Shown one piece after another: positions 59,407 through 64,000 of a stretch of 64,000 bases of DNA (its first letter is position 1; each line of letters starts with the position of its first letter). Both the position numbers and the translations under genes were made by a program. The stretch lies in NCBI GenBank assembly GCA_963815095.1, contig CAWFFH010000003.1:1248001-1312000 (forward strand), in the 5' to 3' direction. The notes under the pieces were generated by a model. It saw nothing but the letters and a program-made list of their open reading frames with translations. It was not told where the DNA came from and made no database searches. The stretch is from Candidatus Bathyarchaeota archaeon (GTDB lineage: Archaea > Thermoproteota > Bathyarchaeia > Bathyarchaeales > Bathycorpusculaceae).

Positions 59407-59781
59407 ATGCCAAATCCAAAGCTACACAATTCATTGACTATTGCAAAGCTAACTGAAGCAAAGAAAACTGCCTTACGACGCGGCATTTGGTTTAGATCCC
59501 TCAACCGGGTAGAACGCGGAATAATAGACCTCACCGTAAAATACGTTGACAACATCAAAAGCTCAAAGCTGGCCAAGGTAGTGACGGCCATAATTCAAAA
59601 ACTGCAGACTACAATGGAAAGCAAGGTTGAGCAGTTGGTGAGAACTGTTGGTTTGGCGTTAGCCCAAAAAATAAGTGAAATAGCTGTTAAATGGGGAAAT
59701 CGTTTAGCTTCATCTTGGGCCAAGGACCGCGAGTTTGCTAGGTTTTTGGTTCTCAATCTTACTAAGGTTGGAGGCAATTAG
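59407..59781 (+). CDS. conserved basic hypothetical protein (paralogue of 16130-16516)
   Basis: KKTALRRGIWFRSLNRVERGIIDLTVKYVDNIKSSKLAK aligns with its paralogue. Confidence 0.8.
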   Translation: MPNPKLHNSLTIAKLTEAKKTALRRGIWFRSLNRVERGIIDLTVKYVDNIKSSKLAKVVTAIIQKLQTTMESKVEQLVRTVGLALAQKISEIAVKWGNRLASSWAKDREFARFLVLNLTKVGGN

Positions 59782-59783
59782 GT

Positions 59784-60780
59784 TTGGTTTTAGTTGAAAA
59801 ATCCGAAAGTATCTACGAGAACGCTATAGTTTCTGAAGTGCAAAAACCCTTCGTTGCCGTGGGTATCCCAGCTTTTAACGAAGAACACTCCATCGCACGC
59901 ATAATCATTGAAGCACAAAAATATGCTGACACAGTAATCGTTTGCGATGACGGTTCCAGCGACTTAACTGCAAAGATTGCAGAGCGTTTAGGCGCTGATG
60001 TAATTCGTCACGAGGAAAATTTAGGGTATGGCGCCGCCATAAAAAGCTTATTTTCTAGGGCTTTGGAGTCTGGCGCAGACGTACTGGTTACTTTAGATGG
60101 CGATGGACAACACACAGCCACTGAAATTCCCCAAGTAATTGACCCAATCATAAAAGGCAACTCCGATGTCGTGATTGCCAGCAGATTCATAGATGACAAA
60201 GGTACCGCTGAAATGCCTTTCTACCGCAAAGTAGGCGCCAAAGTAATAACAAAACTTGTTAACAGCTCATCCCAAAATGGTGTCAGCGATTCACAGAGCG
60301 GATTCAGAGCCTACAATCGCCAAGCCCTAGAACAGCTCAGTGTTTCCGAGGCAGGTATGGGTGCAAGCGTACAAATACTTCTAGATGCCAGCAAACATAA
60401 CTTAAGAATAAGTGAAGTAACAGGCACATGCAAATACGAAACCGGCGACATCTCCACCTCAACAGAAAACCCAATAACACATGGCTTAGGCCTAATAATG
60501 TCTATTGTTAAACTTGTCGTCGAAGAAAACCCCTAATGTTTCTCGGATTACCAGGAATAACATGTTTGGTTATGGGGTTTTGTTTGGCGCCTGGTTAATG
60601 AACCTATACGTCGAATTAGGACAGAATAGTTACAAACATTGCTTTAGCATCTATAGGATTCTTACTACTAGGCTGCTTCATGATATCAACAGCCATAACA
60701 CTATATGCAATATCGCGAATTACACAAAGGATAGGCGCCCGCAAGTCAACCATTCTTATTCAGTTATTTTCCAACACTGA
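59784..60780 (+). CDS. GT2, dolichyl-phosphate glycosyltransferase-like with C-terminal TM helices (frameshifted near 60530; end approximate)
   Basis: IPAFNEE, CDDGS, LDGDGQH and DSQSGFRAY motifs; one extra A restores EEKPLMFLGLPG. Confidence 0.8.
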
Positions 60781-60829
60781 AGTTTTTTTTTATCGGTAAC
60801 GCGTAAATTAGTCAAGCTTTGGTGACAAT

Positions 60830-62046
60830 TTGAATATTCTTATGGTGACTACTTTCTATCCTCCACACATCGGAGGAATAGAATATCATGTTGAGAACCT
60901 TTCAAGAGCAATTGGTAAAAAGAGGTCATAAAATTACTGTTTTGACTTCGATGCTTCCTGGAAAAAAGCAGTCTTGCTCACGATATATCTTCTAATGGAA
61001 TTGATGTATTTAGGGCTAAAACATTTTTCCTTCTAGATAAGATTTATCCTTCTTTGTCAAGTCAAGGAATCACCTTAAATATACAAGAACAATTGAGACA
61101 AATAGTTAATGAAAAAAATATAGACATTATTCATGCTCACGGTCACCATTATTATCCTACTTGGAGAACAATAGATGCAGCGAAAAAATTGGGTATACCT
61201 GCAGTATTAACCCTTCACGGTTTATATGCGCTTAAACCCTCTAGACCCGATAGCCCAAATAGGAGAAGAAATTTTTAATCGACAATTTTTACACGAGAAC
61301 TTAAACAAAGTTGCCGCTACAATTGGTTTAACCAAAAATAATACTAATTATGCAAAGAAATATTGGCCTCGATCAAATAATTATTTCACAATTCCAAATG
61401 GTGTTAATCAAAAGTTTTCAATAATAATAAAAAAAATCGATCTAATATAGAAGAAAATATAACATTAGCCGAGGATAAAATTGTTGTTTTATTTCGAGGT
61501 AGATTTGCATCAATAAAAGGTGTCTTGAACTAGCCCAAGCGGCAAAACTCGTTGTTAAACAAAATAGTCAGAGTTTTCTTCCTTTTTGTTGGCGGAGGTC
61601 CATTAGCGTGCAGAATTAGCCAAAATATTAAACCATAAACGAAAACTATCAGATTATTGGTTGGACGCCAGTCAATGAAATACATGAACTATACATCGCT
61701 TCAGATATATTCGTTTTACCTTCAAAATCAGAAGCTTTGCCCCTTACAATTCCTAGAAGCAATGGCGGCTAACCTGTACATAGTAGCTACTCCTGTGGGT
61801 GGTATTCCTGACGTCTTAAAGGATTATCCATTTAAAACCTTTATCAAAAAACTTGATCCTTTATCAATAAGTATGGTTATTGTTTCAGTTGCTCATGCCC
61901 ATAAAAATTTGTTTACGTTGAACCAAAAAGAGCCTGAATATATGAAAAATTTTGATTGGCAAAATATCGCCTTTAATGTAGAAAGAAGTACATTTTACTG
62001 CTTTAAATCGGCTAAACTAAAAACCAGAGTAGTTCTTAATTATTAG
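60830..62046 (+). CDS. GT4 glycosyltransferase, multiply frameshifted
   Basis: Fragments MNILMVTTFYPPHIGGIE, IHAHG, TIPNGV and LEAMAA..VATPVGG lie in different frames. Confidence 0.75.
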
Positions 62047-62069
62047 CCACAATAAACAAAAAGCATTAA

Positions 62070-63200
62070 ATTCAGTGTTACTGACCGCTAGTTTGCTGAA
62101 TGTCCCCGAGTTTGGAAAATGGGCTCAACTTTGGCAGAAAATAACTACAAAGTGACTAGACGAAAGATGGGATAGAAGTTCAAAATTGCAAACAAAAGAA
62201 GATATATCCGGTATTTTTGTGCAACGCATGAGATTGAAAGCACCTTACGGCTTAAAGTTATTCTTTATGATCCCCATATGGTGGGCATACGTATTTACTT
62301 ACATATTTTTTAACGGTTTTAATGTGATTCAACCACAAAACCTTGATAATTTGATTCCAGTATGGATATTTGCTCCAAAAAAAAAACGAAGATTATTTAT
62401 GATATTGCCGATTTCTATGGTGATTCTTATGTTTCTCAAGAAATGAGTTTCCTAAGGCCATTTGTATCCAAGATAGAACGAATCCTTACAAGAAGTGTAA
62501 ATGCCGCAATAATCGCTGACGAGTTGCGAACGAAGCAAATGTGTATGGATGATTACCCTTTTAATGTAATATACAATTCTCCACCGGATACTTACAGAGA
62601 AACTAAATCCAGATTAATATCCTCAAAATCTAATCCAAAATTGACTCTTTTTTATGCCGGAGTCCTTGAAAATGACCGTGGATTAGATTTCATAGTTAGA
62701 GCTGTTCATAATATGTCAGACGTTGAACTTATAATAGCAGGTTTTGGTCGTTTGGAGAATGAAATTCTTAATTTGATTAAAGGAAGTGATAACATTAGCT
62801 TTTTAGGGCGCATTCCGTATCATACTGTTTTGGATTTGGCCTCGTCATCTGATTGCATTATTGCGTTCTATGACCCTAAAATTCAGAATAATCTATTTGC
62901 CTCACCAAATAAATTGTTTGAAGCCATGATGTGTGGAAAACCGATAATTACAAACTCTGGAACAACTATGGCTAACAGAATAAATATTGACAAATGTGGT
63001 TTTTTAGTGACATATGGCAATGTTAATGAATTGAGATATGTTCTGAATACCGTTAATAAATACACTGAAAATTATTGCTATCCTTGGAAAAAATGGGCGA
63101 AAAAACTATCTGCAGAAATATGCTTGGTATTTTATGAAATGTAGGTTACTAAGCCTATATGCCTCTGTGGTAGATTCTTTTTTCTTACGATCTTTACCCC
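62070..63200 (+). CDS. GT4 glycosyltransferase, multiply frameshifted (ends approximate)
   Basis: IIYDIADFY, YAGVL...RG and SPNKLFEAMMCGKP motifs. Confidence 0.72.
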
Positions 63201-63229
63201 CAAAGTCAATGCATTATGGAGGTTGCTTA

Positions 63230-64000
63230 ACAATAGTAACTGTTTCTTATATTTTACCTACTTACAACAGGAGTTTCACAATTACAACTTATTTAGAGTC
63301 ATTACAACTTGCCCAAGTCTTATCACGACTGGGAACTTGTAATCATCGATGATGCCTCAGATGATGATACCTTTAAAATAGTTTCCGAATACGCTCAAAT
63401 CGATAATCGTATCCGTGTTTTTGAAAAAAAGCTCATTCTGGTCTGCCAGCGGCCCGTAATTTCGGAATACATGTATCACATGGTAGATTAATTTTTTTCG
63501 GTGAAGATGATGTAGTTTTTCATGATTCAAATGATTTTAACATACTTGTTAACACTTTTATAGAACTTGAAAAAAAACAGAGCGTTGGAGCTGTCTGTCC
63601 TCGTTTGCGAGGCGAAGGATATAACTGGTTAGAATTTGTTGTTGAAATTGGTCCTATAAGTGGATGGATTTACCACAATTTTTATTATGACTCACAGACT
63701 GTCATTGAGGTCCCTGCTCTTCATGCGTGTTCTCTAATTCTCAAGAAAGCCTGTCAAGAAGTGGGAGGTTATGACAGCAAATTATACATAGGCACACACG
63801 CTAAAGAAGAAGTTGATTTTTATTACCGTTTGCGACTTCAAGGTTATAAATTATATTTTCAGTCCAAATCGATTCTTTACCATAATCATGTGAGTAGAGG
63901 TGGATGTCAAAAGAAAAGCTTGTTACGAGTGTACTATTATGAATATAGAAATAGTCTGATGTTTTTTTGAGGTTTAATGGTTTCCCCTTGTCGTTAAGAC
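63230..64000 (+). CDS. GT2 glycosyltransferase, multiply frameshifted, runs off the window
   Basis: Fragments VSYILPTYNR, IIDDASDD, FGEDD and EEVDFYYR. Confidence 0.72.

Noticed and set aside
1-64000. Many short antisense or nested ORFs in the ORF track (e.g. 1205-1645, 6341-6901, 28462-28941, 52024-52506, 58187-58531)
   Set aside because: They are shadows of well-supported genes on the other strand or frame and have no recognisable motifs.
1-64000. CRISPR arrays, rRNA/tRNA genes, transposases, integrases
   Set aside because: None recognised on reading either strand; a covariance-model search would be needed to exclude small RNAs.

Overview
Archaeal chromosomal window. The Rpp21-YhbY pair, frequent TTG/GTG starts, GGTGA/GGAGG ribosome-binding sites and the style of the hypothetical proteins suggest Bathyarchaeia (inference). 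1-2.4 kb: end of an energy-converting-hydrogenase-related (Ehr) operon; the large subunit lacks the NiFe cysteines and, unusually, the small subunit has lost all four canonical [4Fe-4S] cysteines. 2.6-7 kb: small hypotheticals, a GT87-like protein, a QueT-like S-component, a PRC-barrel protein and an OB-fold SSB. 7.2-12.3 kb: a complete NHEJ operon (LigD-type polymerase, Ku, ligase-phosphoesterase fusion) extended by DUF72, HD and MBL hydrolase genes. 12.6-64 kb: a very large surface-glycosylation region with many GT2/GT4 and GT-C-like membrane proteins, a B12 radical SAM enzyme, a flippase, and pathways for UDP-6-deoxy-L-HexNAc, GDP-perosamine, UDP-xylose, UDP-ManNAc and dTDP-rhamnose. It is interrupted by two PIN toxin-antitoxin pairs and rpp21/yhbY. 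A module of GT-C-like gene, small basic unknown gene and Dol-P-sugar-synthase-like GT2 occurs twice. Frameshifts become dense after about 57 kb and are probably sequencing errors. No rRNA, complete tRNA, CRISPR array or transposase was seen. All calls come from motif recognition; no searches were run.
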